Below, piece after piece: positions 17,623 through 28,142 of a stretch of 64,000 nucleotides of DNA. The notes below the pieces were generated by a model, which was given only the letters and a program-made list of their open reading frames with translations, was not told the DNA's origin and searched no databases. Location: positions 1-64,000 of the IMG/VR virus record IMGVR_UViG_3300025030_000080; one strand, written 5' to 3'. The DNA comes from a virus. Numbering within the stretch: position 1 is the first letter of the stretch; each line of letters begins with the position of its first letter. The translations under genes were made by a program, and so were the position numbers.

Positions 17623-18574
17623 TTGATACCCCCTTTTTAAATTTTCTTCTCTCCCGGCCCTCTTTTACTTTAGCCCTAGATTTTGGATCAGACCAAAGTT
17701 GTTTCATAGTTTTAGATAATTTTGATTTTGATTCTTCACTATTTTGTTTTCCAGTATTAGACTCTATGTTTTTTCTTCTATATTCTGGATTATTCCATTT
17801 TTCTTTTATAGATTGAGATAAGGACTTTAACATATTTGATCTCATTTCTGGATCAGCCCATTGATTTGTAGCAGATTCTGATGCTTTTCTACTAAATTCA
17901 GGATCAGATGCTATAGTATTTGCTCTATTTAAAACTCTTTTTGATCGAATATCAGGGTCTTCCCATTCTTTTTTCCTCAGAATAGATCCAATTTGACGAG
18001 ATTCTGGTGATCTCATAATTTCTAATATTTTGTCCTTAAATTTAGGGTTTTCCCACCTATCTTTAGTACTTTTAGACATTATAGCTTTTACTTCTGGGTT
18101 ATCAAGTCCCTTTTTAATAGCATCTTTCATTCTATTTTTATATTCTGGATCTTCCCATAAATTTTTAACTGATTCAGATATTTGAGATATAATTTCAGGA
18201 TTATCTTTGTATCTATTTTTAGTTAATTCAGATAGCTTTACTTTAGATTCCTCCGACCATTTTATCCCCCTATTGGATTCTGCTATTTCCCGAATATTAT
18301 ACCCATTTTCTTGTTTATATGATTCATAGTAATCTAACCAAATTTGTTCTCTAGGAACTAATTGAGTTAAATCATAAACTAATTCTATTACCATAAATAC
18401 AAAAGATTCTTCCCCATATTTACAATAGGCAGATTGAATGTGTTGAGTATGTTCTCCTCTACGAAGTAACCATAAATGCCCCCTTTCCCATCTAATATAT
18501 ACATCTTCAGAAGATCCTATATACTTCTTCCCATTTATTCTATTAAGTATCATGTATACACCGGAAATTTTCAT
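17606..18574 (-). CDS. GIY-YIG homing endonuclease with NUMOD3-like repeats
   Basis: MKISGVYMILNRINGKKYIGSS..RW...REQ.WLD..GYN and repeated W.NPE units; start moved to MKISG (ATGA overlap with the upstream gene). Confidence 0.88.
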   Translation of the reverse strand: MKISGVYMILNRINGKKYIGSSEDVYIRWERGHLWLLRRGEHTQHIQSAYCKYGEESFVFMVIELVYDLTQLVPREQIWLDYYESYKQENGYNIREIAESNRGIKWSEESKVKLSELTKNRYKDNPEIISQISESVKNLWEDPEYKNRMKDAIKKGLDNPEVKAIMSKSTKDRWENPKFKDKILEIMRSPESRQIGSILRKKEWEDPDIRSKRVLNRANTIASDPEFSRKASESATNQWADPEMRSNMLKSLSQSIKEKWNNPEYRRKNIESNTGKQNSEESKSKLSKTMKQLWSDPKSRAKVKEGRERRKFKKGVSNGGQE

Positions 18575-19344
18575 TTTATTCTTCTCTTTAAAATAGGGGG
18601 GATTATTTTTTCTTTCTGTAAATCCAAAATCCCCCCGCAGTCGTCGAAAATACACCCCGCCACAACTGCTTGCATATTATTATGCAGTCCATCTATCATA
18701 AAATATTTACATCCTTCTGGAAAATAGATATTAATTTTATCATTGAAATTAAATAATGCTAAGAAATCTCCTGTTCTTATTCCAAGAGGAGAAATAGAAT
18801 CTGGAAGAACATCTTCTGGTTCTGTTAAGCCGAGGCCCTCCATTTCTATTTTTCTTTCGAGCAGTATCAGAGATCCGGCGTAGATATCTCGTTGAAGTAT
18901 TTTTATTTCTCCCCCTCTAGTTACAAATTCAATATGCGATAAATTCTCGTCCAAAAGGTCTAACGAGGATTTATGAAAAGGGATCTTCCACTTCATTTTT
19001 TCTGTATCATAAAATTTATAAAATAACTCTTCTACTTCTTGAAAAGTTTGAGTAGGTATTCTACATTTTTTCTTACGGAGAAATTCTTCTCCTTTTTGAA
19101 GGAAAGTTATGCTATTTCCGTCTGCAGTAAAATTTGGGGAATCATAATCGCTTAGAAAAAAACGAATTGGTTCTGGAAATTCATTCTTAGTTGCCTCGAA
19201 CCGAAGTATCATGGTTTTATCGCTGTTGAGAATATAAATAACATTTTCCCAACAGAATGCAGAGTTTTTTTGATTCCCTGATTGTTCCAAAGCAACTCCA
19301 TATGAAAATATTCTTTCTACTTCTAATTCTCTCAAAATTGTCAC
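18571..19344 (-). CDS. hypothetical protein (beta-rich, possibly clamp-like)
   Basis: 257-aa ORF; no firm motif. Confidence 0.55.
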   Translation of the reverse strand: MTILRELEVERIFSYGVALEQSGNQKNSAFCWENVIYILNSDKTMILRFEATKNEFPEPIRFFLSDYDSPNFTADGNSITFLQKGEEFLRKKKCRIPTQTFQEVEELFYKFYDTEKMKWKIPFHKSSLDLLDENLSHIEFVTRGGEIKILQRDIYAGSLILLERKIEMEGLGLTEPEDVLPDSISPLGIRTGDFLALFNFNDKINIYFPEGCKYFMIDGLHNNMQAVVAGCIFDDCGGILDLQKEKIIPPILKRRIK

Positions 19345-19688
19345 CTTATTCTCCTTATCATTATGGGTTTTTCTTTTTTCTCAGCGTTTAATTTTCTATT
19401 TTTATGCCCCTCTATCATTTTAGCCCTAAATTTTGGATTTTCCCATTGATTTTTAGTTCTTTCTGATGCTTTTCTTTTATATTCAGGGTCATTTAATTTT
19501 TTTCTGATTGAATCTATCATTCTATTTCTTATCTCTGGATTATTCCACCTATTTTTAATAATCTCTGACATTCTTATTTTTCCTTCGGGGGATACTTTTC
19601 TTCCTGTTTGCCCCATTATCATATTGGAACGGGCTATGGGATCTTTCCCCGTTTTAATATTAATAATTTTGTAAATAGATGAAATCAT
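19341..19688 (-). pseudogene. internally deleted GIY-YIG endonuclease retaining DNA-binding repeats
   Basis: MISSIYKIINIKTGK joins directly to W.NPE repeats; the YIG motif and catalytic core are absent. Confidence 0.65.
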
Positions 19689-19728
19689 TATAAATACTTT
19701 TCTTCTAATTCATTTCTGAGTCCCAAAT

Positions 19729-20627
19729 TTACTCCCCTTTCCGCAATAAAGATGGCAATGAAATAATATCTTCCGTGGTTACTTTATTTGTCCATTCAAA
19801 AAATAATTCTTTTCCTTTGGTAAATACCGTTATCCAAATAGTAAAGAATAATATACCAATTTGAACAATACATTGCAAGAAAGATATAATAGTTAATATT
19901 ACAGATTTAAATAACTTTCCACTCCTTTCATATAAATCTTTTCCTTCATCTTTAACCTTCATTTTATTTCCTCCATTAAATTGAAAATTCCGTTTGAATC
20001 TGACTGAAAATGCCCTCGCATAAAATGATTATCTTTTCGGAAAAATTCTAATCCCCGTCTCTTTACGGAGTTGGAGAAGGTATAAAAACATTCATCTGAT
20101 TTTTTATGTTTATTTAATAGACCGATGAAACAAAATTTATTTATGCTATGATTCGCCGTCGTTCTATCGAATTTAAATTCAATTTCTGAATGATCCCTTC
20201 CAACTTCTCCACGTATAAATTCTACAATATCCGGTACTTTTATTTTGATTAATTTATTTTCAGAATATACTTTTGTAAAGTACTGCCACATGCACCAACT
20301 AAGACGGTCATCAGGGTTTATTCCGTGGTTTTCTACGTATTCCAAATCAACTAATCCTTCTCCTTCCATTATAGTTTTCTTATATGATTCTATACAATTT
20401 TTAGAATATGCGGTAGAGTCAGGGTATTTTGGTTTTCTTACTCTTTTCTTTTTTTCAACTACCATATCAAACTCTGTATGAACTAATTTGATAGTTGCTT
20501 CTACTATTCCCTTTTTGGCATAAGCTGTTATTACAAAAGATTGGACATTATCAATACTTTCTCCAGTTTCTGCATTTATTACTTTAGTCCCTGGTATGGT
20601 ACCATCACTAATAATTTTCAGTTTCAT
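19729..20627 (-). other. hypothetical genes (19729-19962 membrane protein; 19959-20627)
   Basis: Coupled minus-strand ORFs. Confidence 0.5.
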
Positions 20628-20791
20628 TTGGTACCCTTCTTTTTCTTGATAATAACAATAGTAGATGGTTTATAATCATCTACCAAAGATTGTAAAGTTT
20701 CTTGAGGACAATTTCCACTATACTTACATTTACAAGTAGATGACCTTAAATAATTCTTGGCTGCGGTAACTAATTTCTCCGTGTAGTCCAT

Positions 20792-21202
20792 TTATTCCTC
20801 CTCCGTAAATACTTTATTCCAAGGAATTATTTTAGTTCTTTCCAAATTACGAACTTCAAATTGTTCCGGAAATCGGATAGCAAATTCTAACTCCTCTGAT
20901 TCTTTGACGAGTACAAATAAAATCATATCTGCTTCCGTTCCTCTATCGAAATGAAAACGTCCACGTCTTCTTGGGCCACTACTACCTTTTCCATTTTTTC
21001 CCTTAGACTTTATCCATTCTTCGCAAGATTTAATTTCAATTTTTGCATCTCCCACCGTAACATCATATCCTGCCTTATAATCCGGTTTAATCGGAGGATC
21101 TTTGAAAGTTTCCTCCAAAAATCGGAGAACTTGGGGTGAACCCTCCGTCCAGTGCCTAGAAAAGAATTTTTCATTTTTTCTCCCTTTATTGAAAAACTTC
21201 AA
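20792..21202 (-). CDS. PD-(D/E)XK nuclease-like protein
   Basis: GYDVTVGDAKIEIKS motif. Confidence 0.55.
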   Translation of the reverse strand: MKFFNKGRKNEKFFSRHWTEGSPQVLRFLEETFKDPPIKPDYKAGYDVTVGDAKIEIKSCEEWIKSKGKNGKGSSGPRRRGRFHFDRGTEADMILFVLVKESEELEFAIRFPEQFEVRNLERTKIIPWNKVFTEEE

Positions 21203-21211
21203 AATTGTTAT

Positions 21212-21916
21212 TTACAATGCTTCAAAATTTAAGTTTCTTTTATTTCTAGCTTTTGCTTTTCCTTCAACGGATTTGGCAATATGTTCCGGACTAAGATGTC
21301 TTCCAATAAGGGAAGCAGATAAATTGGCTAAATATTTTGGGTTATTGCTTCTCCTTATAAACCCTTCCGCCATTTTAGCTCTAAATTTTGGATCTGCCCA
21401 TTGTTTTTTAGCAACAACTGACTGATTTTTTCTAAAATTAGGATCTTTTCCCCTTTCTTGATTCATTTCTAATATTTTTATTTTATGTTCAGGACTTTTC
21501 TTTCTGCCTTTCAAAAGAGAAATTACTTTATTTCTATATTCTGGATCTAACCAATGATCTTTACTAGTTTGAGAAATTATTTTCTTAACTTCTTCTGAAT
21601 GTTTATTTCCTAAACAAGAATTAGCATATCTACAAACATTATACCCATATCTATCGTCATATGATTGGTAGTAATCTAACCAAGTTTGCTCTCTGAAAGA
21701 TAATTGAGACAAATCTTTTACTATTTCCATTATTATAAATTCAAAATTTTCTTCTCTATATTTATGATAAGCCCTTTGAAAATAAAGAGAATGGTGAGTT
21801 CCTTTACGAAGTTCGCATAAATGATTAGTCCACCTACTATATAAATTTACAGCAGATCCGACATATCTTTTTTCATTAATTTTATTAACTATCATATAAA
21901 TACCTGATACTTTCAT
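21212..21916 (-). CDS. GIY-YIG homing endonuclease (NUMOD3)
   Basis: SGIYMIVNKINEKRYVGSAVNLYSRW..H, REQ.WLD, GYN, GNKHSEE. Confidence 0.9.
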   Translation of the reverse strand: MKVSGIYMIVNKINEKRYVGSAVNLYSRWTNHLCELRKGTHHSLYFQRAYHKYREENFEFIIMEIVKDLSQLSFREQTWLDYYQSYDDRYGYNVCRYANSCLGNKHSEEVKKIISQTSKDHWLDPEYRNKVISLLKGRKKSPEHKIKILEMNQERGKDPNFRKNQSVVAKKQWADPKFRAKMAEGFIRRSNNPKYLANLSASLIGRHLSPEHIAKSVEGKAKARNKRNLNFEAL

Positions 21917-22564
21917 TCACCGTACCAAATTTTCCAACATTTCTAGACGGAAATCGGAACTTTCAATATATCTCCAAATTATGTTTTCCTCTCGATCTCT
22001 TCCATATGGTTCCATTCCTTGGGCCCAATCCGGAAAATAAGCCGGATTGCTCATTCTTAAATTCCACGAGTTCTTAACTTCTTTCATCAAAGTTTCTGAT
22101 AACCACCCTCCACGTTCCTCTACGAAAGTGTTATATTCTCCCCACGTTACGGGTCGGGGGGCGTTGTTTCGAACAAACCTAGCTGCAATCATATTGTTTC
22201 CGTAGGAGAATCCTCCACCTAAAGGAAGATAGATGTCAGATATAGAACAGCAAATATCGTCGTCATTGATAGGAGAGTTGCCAAAATCAAAAGTGGATGA
22301 AGAGAATCCCTGATTTTTCATTAATTTCATAAATTCCCCTAAGACTAGGGAACCTAGCCACTGACTATCTGACATTATAAGAAACATTCGATGGAAATCT
22401 ATCCCTAACATTTCCATTTGGCGCTTTACTCCGGGGGCGGAAGCGGAATAACTATATGTATCGAAAGTAATGTGCTTGATTCCAATTTCCTTTACTCTAC
22501 TGATCCATTCTTCCACTGCATCTTTTTCATCGTTTACGAAAATCATTAAGGGTTCGATCCTAGC

Positions 22565-22586
22565 CACCACCCTAACACCACCCTAA
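22565..22586. repeat. 11-bp tandem duplication (CACCACCCTAA x2)
   Basis: Directly visible; lies exactly at the frame break. Confidence 0.9.
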
Positions 22587-23058
22587 CCCCTGCATCTACA
22601 AGAGCTTTTGCAGCAAGTAAGCGTTGGGAGAAGGAAGGTGCCCCAGGCTCTAACTTTTTATTTAAAGCATCATCAGAAGATATCATAGTCATATGGACAG
22701 CAGAACCGGCCTTATTATCTGCCAAAGCTCTAACGTAGTCTTCTCTACCGATTAACGCTGATTTTGTGTTCACCATAATAGGATAAACTTGATCTGATAA
22801 ATAACGCATGAAATTCAAACTAATTCCTTTTTGCGCTTCGATAGGAAGAAAATCTTCAAATCGAATTCCTAGACGGATGGGAATTTGAAGACTTATTGCT
22901 TTTGGTAATTCTGGTCCATCAATCTTTTGGCCTCGAAATTTCATTAATTTATCCATCTCCGTTCGGAAGTATTCCGGTCGGCAATGGCGTATTCCAATTT
23001 CTTTGGGATTATCAAAAAATGATGTATATAATGATGATCGGAATGAATCTGCAAAACA

Positions 23059-23481
23059 ATTGTGAACTAAAATCCCCTCCGCGAAATAATTATTATTGGG
23101 CACGCATTCAAAATTATAAACTATTTTTTTATTGCTAGTTTTTGCTCTATATATAGATTCAATTCTTCTCCATGCCCATTTATTAGAATTATTGGGGGGA
23201 TAAAAAACAATCATATCATGAATACTTAATTGTCCAGCATCTATCCATCCTCTACTAGTAAATACAGGATGTTCTAAAGTAAGTTTTAAAATTTTTTCTT
23301 TTATTTTGATAACTATCAAATCTTCTGCGGTTCGACTCATTATTTTTGTAACTACTGACTTTTCTGATTCTAAGTGAGTTCTGTAAGTTTTTAATGAAAC
23401 TACCAAATCTCCTTCTTTGATATCCTTAATATTCTTTTTCTTTCCGCCCCACATTTGTATTTTAGTTAATGGCGGCAGACA
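23059..23481 (-). mobile_element. mini-intein (141 aa) in the radical SAM CxxxCxxC motif
   Basis: CLPPLT...LTLEHPVFT...VYNFECVPNNNYFAEGILVHN|C; no endonuclease domain. Confidence 0.9.
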
Positions 23482-23775
23482 ATATTTGCACTGGTAACTG
23501 CAAGATAGGGCATCGTAAGTATCTGAATTTAAAGGAAGTGGACAATGAGCGGCTCTTAATGAAACTTCAATAAATGAAGTAATTTCCTCTTTATTTAGCA
23601 TTCGCTGTTTAACTTCAAATTTTTCGCTATCGAATGAAAATTCGGAATAATTTACTTTACGGCCTTTCTCACGAACTAATCCTTTATGCTTCTCCATTGA
23701 TTCGAGTTGAGATCTACGAGGGATAATGGTTTTGACTATTTCGCGCAACTCCCAGTAATCTTTAAATATAGTCAT

Positions 23776-24233
23776 TTAATGATTTATCTCCATTTCTTCT
23801 TCTCTTTCGTCAAATTCTACCACTTCGTCAATTGCCCATAGTAAAGAAGTATAATCAGGCAGTAAATATTTCATTTCTGATACGAATACTAAGGCTTGAG
23901 CTAATTCTTCCCATTGATCTTCCGTTGCTGCTCCTGATTTAAATAATTCAATAGTTCTGTCCATATATTCCCGTTTGGTCAATTATCTTTCCTCCCTTGT
24001 CCAGTGGGAGGATTAATTGGCCTTGGAGTTATGGGAGGAGAGTTCCATCCTCCTTTACACATATTAGTAGGTGGATGGGTAGGAGCAATACCATTTGGTT
24101 TTTTAGTAGGAAGTTTTGGTTGGTAGCTATATCCACTACGTTTTGGCTCTCTCTCAGAATAACCCCAAATATAACATATTAATCCCCAAACTATAAATAA
24201 TATTAAAGATTCCCATCGTTCAAATCCCGTCAC
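23776..24233 (-). other. two small hypothetical genes (23776-23982; 23979-24233 membrane-anchored)
   Basis: Coupled ORFs with RBS. Confidence 0.5.
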
Positions 24234-24250
24234 GTTTTTCCTCCCTACTA

Positions 24251-24277
24251 GTTCTACAGAAAACGGAATAGTTTCAA
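24251..24277 (-). promoter_or_regulatory. phage promoter-like motif, copy 2
   Basis: TTGAAA-N15(ending TTCTG)-TAGAAC in an intergenic gap before an RBS. Confidence 0.5.
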
Positions 24278-24305
24278 TTTATTTTATATCATTTTATTTG
24301 TAATT

Positions 24306-24602
24306 TTAATTCAATGTAGGTATTATGACCTTTCGTCTAACTCTCTTTCCGTCCCAAGATTCTGGTAAAAAACAAGCTCCCATATCCTCTTTTGTTTTGA
24401 TATTCATTACAATCATAATTAATTTTTTAACTACTAAAAGGGGTCCTTTGTCATCTAATGTATATATTACTGTATATTTGGGTCCTAATGGAAGTCTTTT
24501 TACAAATTCCTTTACTTCCCATTTATCAATATATAATTTTGGATTATCAACTTCTAGAATATCATCATTTGCTAAAATAGTTTTAGTTATCGAAAGTTCC
24601 AT
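24306..24602 (-). CDS. hypothetical protein
   Basis: 98-aa ORF in the operon. Confidence 0.55.
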   Translation of the reverse strand: MELSITKTILANDDILEVDNPKLYIDKWEVKEFVKRLPLGPKYTVIYTLDDKGPLLVVKKLIMIVMNIKTKEDMGACFLPESWDGKRVRRKVIIPTLN

Positions 24603-24603
24603 T

Positions 24604-25539
24604 TCATCTCCCTAACCTATCTTTAAAATATTTTATAGTTTGTTCTAATCCGTCAGATAATGTAACTTTTGGTTCCCATTTTAATTTATCTTTAGCCATA
24701 GTTATATCAGGTCTACGTCGAATGGGGTCATCTCCAGGCAATGGTTTATAAATTATCTCTGATTTTGATTTTGTTAATTTTATTATTACTTGAGCCAACG
24801 TTTTTATATCTATTTCTATTGGATTACCTATATTTATAGGACCAGTAATATCATTGGTATTCATCATTTTTATAATACCTTCTATTGTATCATCTATAAA
24901 ACAAAAAGAACGAGTTTGCCTTCCATCCCCATATATTGTGATAGGATCATTTTTTAAAGCTTGTAAAATAAAGTTAGATACCACTCTTCCATCTCCAGTG
25001 GCTAAATTAGGTCCATAAGTATTGAAAATTCTTACCACTTTGATAAAAAGTTTATGTTGTCTATAATAATCAAAGAATAAAGTTTCTGCACATCTTTTTC
25101 CTTCATCATAGCAAGATCGAATCCCTATAGGATTTACATTTCCCCAATAATCTTCATATTGAGGATGCCTCAAAGGATCTCCGTAAACTTCCGATGTAGA
25201 TGCTTGAAGTATTTTAGCTTTTGTTCGTTTTGCTAATCCTAGCATATTTATTGCCCCATGAACTATTGTTTTAATAGTTTGAACAGGATCTTTTTGATAA
25301 TAAATAGGAGAAGCAGGGGCAGCAAGATTATAAATTTCATCTACTTCAACATATAATGGAAAAGTTATATCGTGCCTTAATAATTCAAAATTAGGATTTG
25401 ATAAAAGAGGAAGAATATTTTCTTTGGTGGATGAATAAAAATTATCTACACAAAGAACTTCATTTCCTTCATTTAATAATCTTTTACATAAATGAGAACC
25501 AAGAAATCCTGCTCCTCCAGTTACTAATATTTTTTTCAA
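24604..25539 (-). CDS. UDP-glucuronate decarboxylase (UDP-xylose synthase)-like SDR
   Basis: [69 protein letters not shown]. Confidence 0.92.
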   Translation of the reverse strand: MKKILVTGGAGFLGSHLCKRLLNEGNEVLCVDNFYSSTKENILPLLSNPNFELLRHDITFPLYVEVDEIYNLAAPASPIYYQKDPVQTIKTIVHGAINMLGLAKRTKAKILQASTSEVYGDPLRHPQYEDYWGNVNPIGIRSCYDEGKRCAETLFFDYYRQHKLFIKVVRIFNTYGPNLATGDGRVVSNFILQALKNDPITIYGDGRQTRSFCFIDDTIEGIIKMMNTNDITGPINIGNPIEIDIKTLAQVIIKLTKSKSEIIYKPLPGDDPIRRRPDITMAKDKLKWEPKVTLSDGLEQTIKYFKDRLGR

Positions 25540-26723
25540 AATAATAATCCTTTTTTTTCTTCAATAGCTCCTTCTTCTTTTCTTCCATAAATATTCATTC
25601 CATTTTTATCTTTATCCAAAATTATAATTTCTGGACTATCCTTCAAAGAAAAATATTGTCCTTTTCCATTCCAAATTTCTTTCATTCTATCGTAAGCCTC
25701 TGGTTGTCTAAATGTTATTTCCTCCATATCATCCCAACAAACCGAACCTTTTTCCATTATTATTTTACAAGCATGTTGAAAGGTGAATTCATAGGGAACG
25801 AATAACCCATCCACTCCGCAACAACTTTCACAAGAATTACTAAATGGAAAATTTACGAAATCAGGAGAAGAAGCGGGGACATTTTTACTTCTCAAAATAT
25901 CTCTAAATTGTTTTCCTACGGGGGTCCAATTTTCATCTAGATTCTTTTCCAAAAGTTTGACGTAATTGAATCCCCGGCTTTCAAATTCTTTTTGAGCTAT
26001 TTTGTAATTTGAAGTCCGATAATTAAAGAAACTAACATGTTTAGCTCCGGTACGGGATGCCATCTCGGCGTACCCTTCCAACATGTCTTCCTTCGAATTG
26101 ATTCCCACTAGGATTGGTTCCCAACGTACAGCGGTCCAAATCCCTAGGTTGTTTAAAGTCTTGACTAGGGACCATCTCATAGATGCAGGGGGATTCCCCG
26201 GTTCTAATTTGTAATTGAGGGTATCACTACCCCCCATAATAGATACAATAACAGCTACATTCATATCTTTTAATAAATCAAGGTACCTATGCATTCCAAT
26301 ATAATGACTTTTAGTTTCTATGATCATAGGAACTTTATATTCTTTGAATAATTTGAGAACGGGGACTACTACATTATCTCTCATATCCTCTAGGCAGAAT
26401 ACTTCTGATTTACTTCCCATATTGAAAGGGAGTCCTCTACGAAGGCATTGAACGTGCCAATCTGTATATTGTTTATCAGAACCATAGGCTTTATCAAAAA
26501 GTTTCTTAAAATCTTCTGGATTACAAGCTCTGACTAAATCTCTTGACCATCCTTCGTAGTACCGTGTGTAAAGTCCTTCTTCCATTTCTCTACAAAAACA
26601 AAAATGACATGGAAAACTGCAGCCAGCAAAAATATCACCTCCAAATGCTTGGGGGCATACGAGGGAATCATTTCTAAATCCAACTATAGACCCAAATTTT
26701 AGTTCTCTAATATCTTTTTTCAA
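25536..26723 (-). CDS. SplB-like radical SAM protein
   Basis: [32 protein letters not shown]. Confidence 0.8.
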   Translation of the reverse strand: MKKDIRELKFGSIVGFRNDSLVCPQAFGGDIFAGCSFPCHFCFCREMEEGLYTRYYEGWSRDLVRACNPEDFKKLFDKAYGSDKQYTDWHVQCLRRGLPFNMGSKSEVFCLEDMRDNVVVPVLKLFKEYKVPMIIETKSHYIGMHRYLDLLKDMNVAVIVSIMGGSDTLNYKLEPGNPPASMRWSLVKTLNNLGIWTAVRWEPILVGINSKEDMLEGYAEMASRTGAKHVSFFNYRTSNYKIAQKEFESRGFNYVKLLEKNLDENWTPVGKQFRDILRSKNVPASSPDFVNFPFSNSCESCCGVDGLFVPYEFTFQHACKIIMEKGSVCWDDMEEITFRQPEAYDRMKEIWNGKGQYFSLKDSPEIIILDKDKNGMNIYGRKEEGAIEEKKGLLF

Positions 26724-27121
26724 GATGTCATCTTTTCTTTCAACTCAGGTAGATCCTTTCTTTCTTTTAGACTAAAATTTCCCAAAACTTTTTGTAGACA
26801 CCGTTTTTGATCTTCTGCTTCATCTACTGTCATTTCTGCGTTATAAATAGGAATAATTTTATCGCCCTTTAAATTAAATCCCACATTGTAAATCCAAATT
26901 TTATTGATATTGGGTGTTATATGAGAAGTTGGTTTTACTAGTGCCCCAGTCCCAACAAAACCATTAAGATATGTAATAACGTGGGCTATTTTTACACGAG
27001 AATAAAAATACTCTAATTCAATAAATAATGTATCTCTCTGTTTTTTAGTAATATTTTTATTCTTACAACTTTCGTTCCATATATTATAGGTGTCTAGACT
27101 AAATGGAAGTTTTCTATCCAT
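26720..27121 (-). CDS. hypothetical protein
   Basis: 133-aa ORF in the operon. Confidence 0.5.
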   Translation of the reverse strand: MDRKLPFSLDTYNIWNESCKNKNITKKQRDTLFIELEYFYSRVKIAHVITYLNGFVGTGALVKPTSHITPNINKIWIYNVGFNLKGDKIIPIYNAEMTVDEAEDQKRCLQKVLGNFSLKERKDLPELKEKMTS

Positions 27122-27156
27122 TTATTGATTCTCCTTAATCCTAGTATTTTCTTTCA

Positions 27157-28005
27157 TCAATACCCCACAGGAAGTTCAAATGGTGTAATTAAATCTTCGG
27201 GTATTTCAATATCATCGAATTGAGGAATATTGGCAGATGATTTTCGTATATATTCCAAATATCCCACTCTACTTGGATCAATATCTAATATTTTGGTAGC
27301 AGCTACGTCCATAACGTACATATCTTTTGTTGAAATTAAAATATTAGCTGGTTTAGGAATTCCGCATTGTTCCGAATATTCTGATCCTACGATACCATCT
27401 AAAACACAAGCAGCAACTCTATCTTTAATAAGAAAATATAAGTCATGAAGTCTTTTATGAAGAATATCACAACTTCCACGTGGGTGCATACTACCTTTTT
27501 GGGCCATCATGCCCATACAATTTTTGATAGATATCGTAGTTCCCGACATATTATGAACTTTCAATTTAGGAACATTTATGACGAAATCGCATTCCAACAT
27601 AGTATTAGAAAATTTGGCCCCGAATAAGGATAAATATCCATCCCTACGGTAAAGGGTAAACTCATGAAACCGGGGTCCTTCCTGAAGTCCTATTAATTGT
27701 ACTCCATATTTTTTAGATAATTGGTCATAACCAGACAATTTAATTGTATGCTCAAATTGGTCTTTAAATCCACAATCTCCTACTATTATATCATTAGCCC
27801 CTTCTCTTATCAAATATTCTATAACTAGAGAAACAACTTCAACTCTGGTAGTAGATGCTATATCCCATCGGGTGGGAGGACATACGAGGTTGGGTTTAAT
27901 GAAAACTTTTTTACCACTACAATCTGGAAAGTATTTCCAAAATTCTTGGGATATATTTTCTAATTTTAAATTTGCGTAATCAGATTCTCTATGAAATTGG
28001 ATCAA
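27157..28005 (-). CDS. DUF362 family (Fe-S associated) protein
   Basis: GKKVFIKPNLV, TTRVEV, INVPKLKVHN..TISIKNCMG, LDGIVG, MDVAA. Confidence 0.85.
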   Translation of the reverse strand: MIQFHRESDYANLKLENISQEFWKYFPDCSGKKVFIKPNLVCPPTRWDIASTTRVEVVSLVIEYLIREGANDIIVGDCGFKDQFEHTIKLSGYDQLSKKYGVQLIGLQEGPRFHEFTLYRRDGYLSLFGAKFSNTMLECDFVINVPKLKVHNMSGTTISIKNCMGMMAQKGSMHPRGSCDILHKRLHDLYFLIKDRVAACVLDGIVGSEYSEQCGIPKPANILISTKDMYVMDVAATKILDIDPSRVGYLEYIRKSSANIPQFDDIEIPEDLITPFELPVGY

Positions 28006-28027
28006 TTACTACTCCCTTTTAAAAATA

Positions 28028-28129
28028 TGGTGGTGGTGAGGGGATTACCACTTATTTCGGTCTTATCACCGAACACTGTTAAGTACCCCCGTCAAGGTTC
28101 CTCCGGGACATTCGTCCAAGAGCACCACC
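28028..28129 (-). ncRNA. putative 102-nt tRNA-like RNA (7-bp acceptor stem plus ACCA, non-cloverleaf)
   Basis: GGUGGUG/CACCACC then ACCA; arms GGAC-GAAU-GUCC and a long GGGG..ACUUA..UUCGGU/ACCGAA..UAAGU..CCCC hairpin; TATAAT 5 nt upstream. Confidence 0.6.
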
Positions 28130-28142
28130 CCAAGATTATATT

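Larger units (their letters stand above)
21917..23775 (-). pseudogene. SplB-like radical SAM protein with mini-intein, frameshifted by an 11-bp duplication (ORFs 22546-23775 and 21917-22570)
   Basis: CSYQCKY|C motif; LEPGAPSFSQR; removing one TTAGGGTGGTG copy gives ...GVRVVARIEPL..., matching AVRWEPIL in the paralog. Confidence 0.8.

Noticed and set aside
18575-18655. N-terminal extensions given by the ORF track for the GIY-YIG (also SSB 4520-4564 and 28866-29024)
   Set aside because: Better RBS- or overlap-supported starts lie downstream, and the extensions overlap other genes or promoter motifs
22546-22590. Group I intron or programmed frameshift splitting the radical SAM gene; telomere-like TTAGGG
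   Set aside because: The break is fully explained by an 11-bp duplication, with no intervening sequence or slippery heptamer; two TTAGGG copies are coincidental
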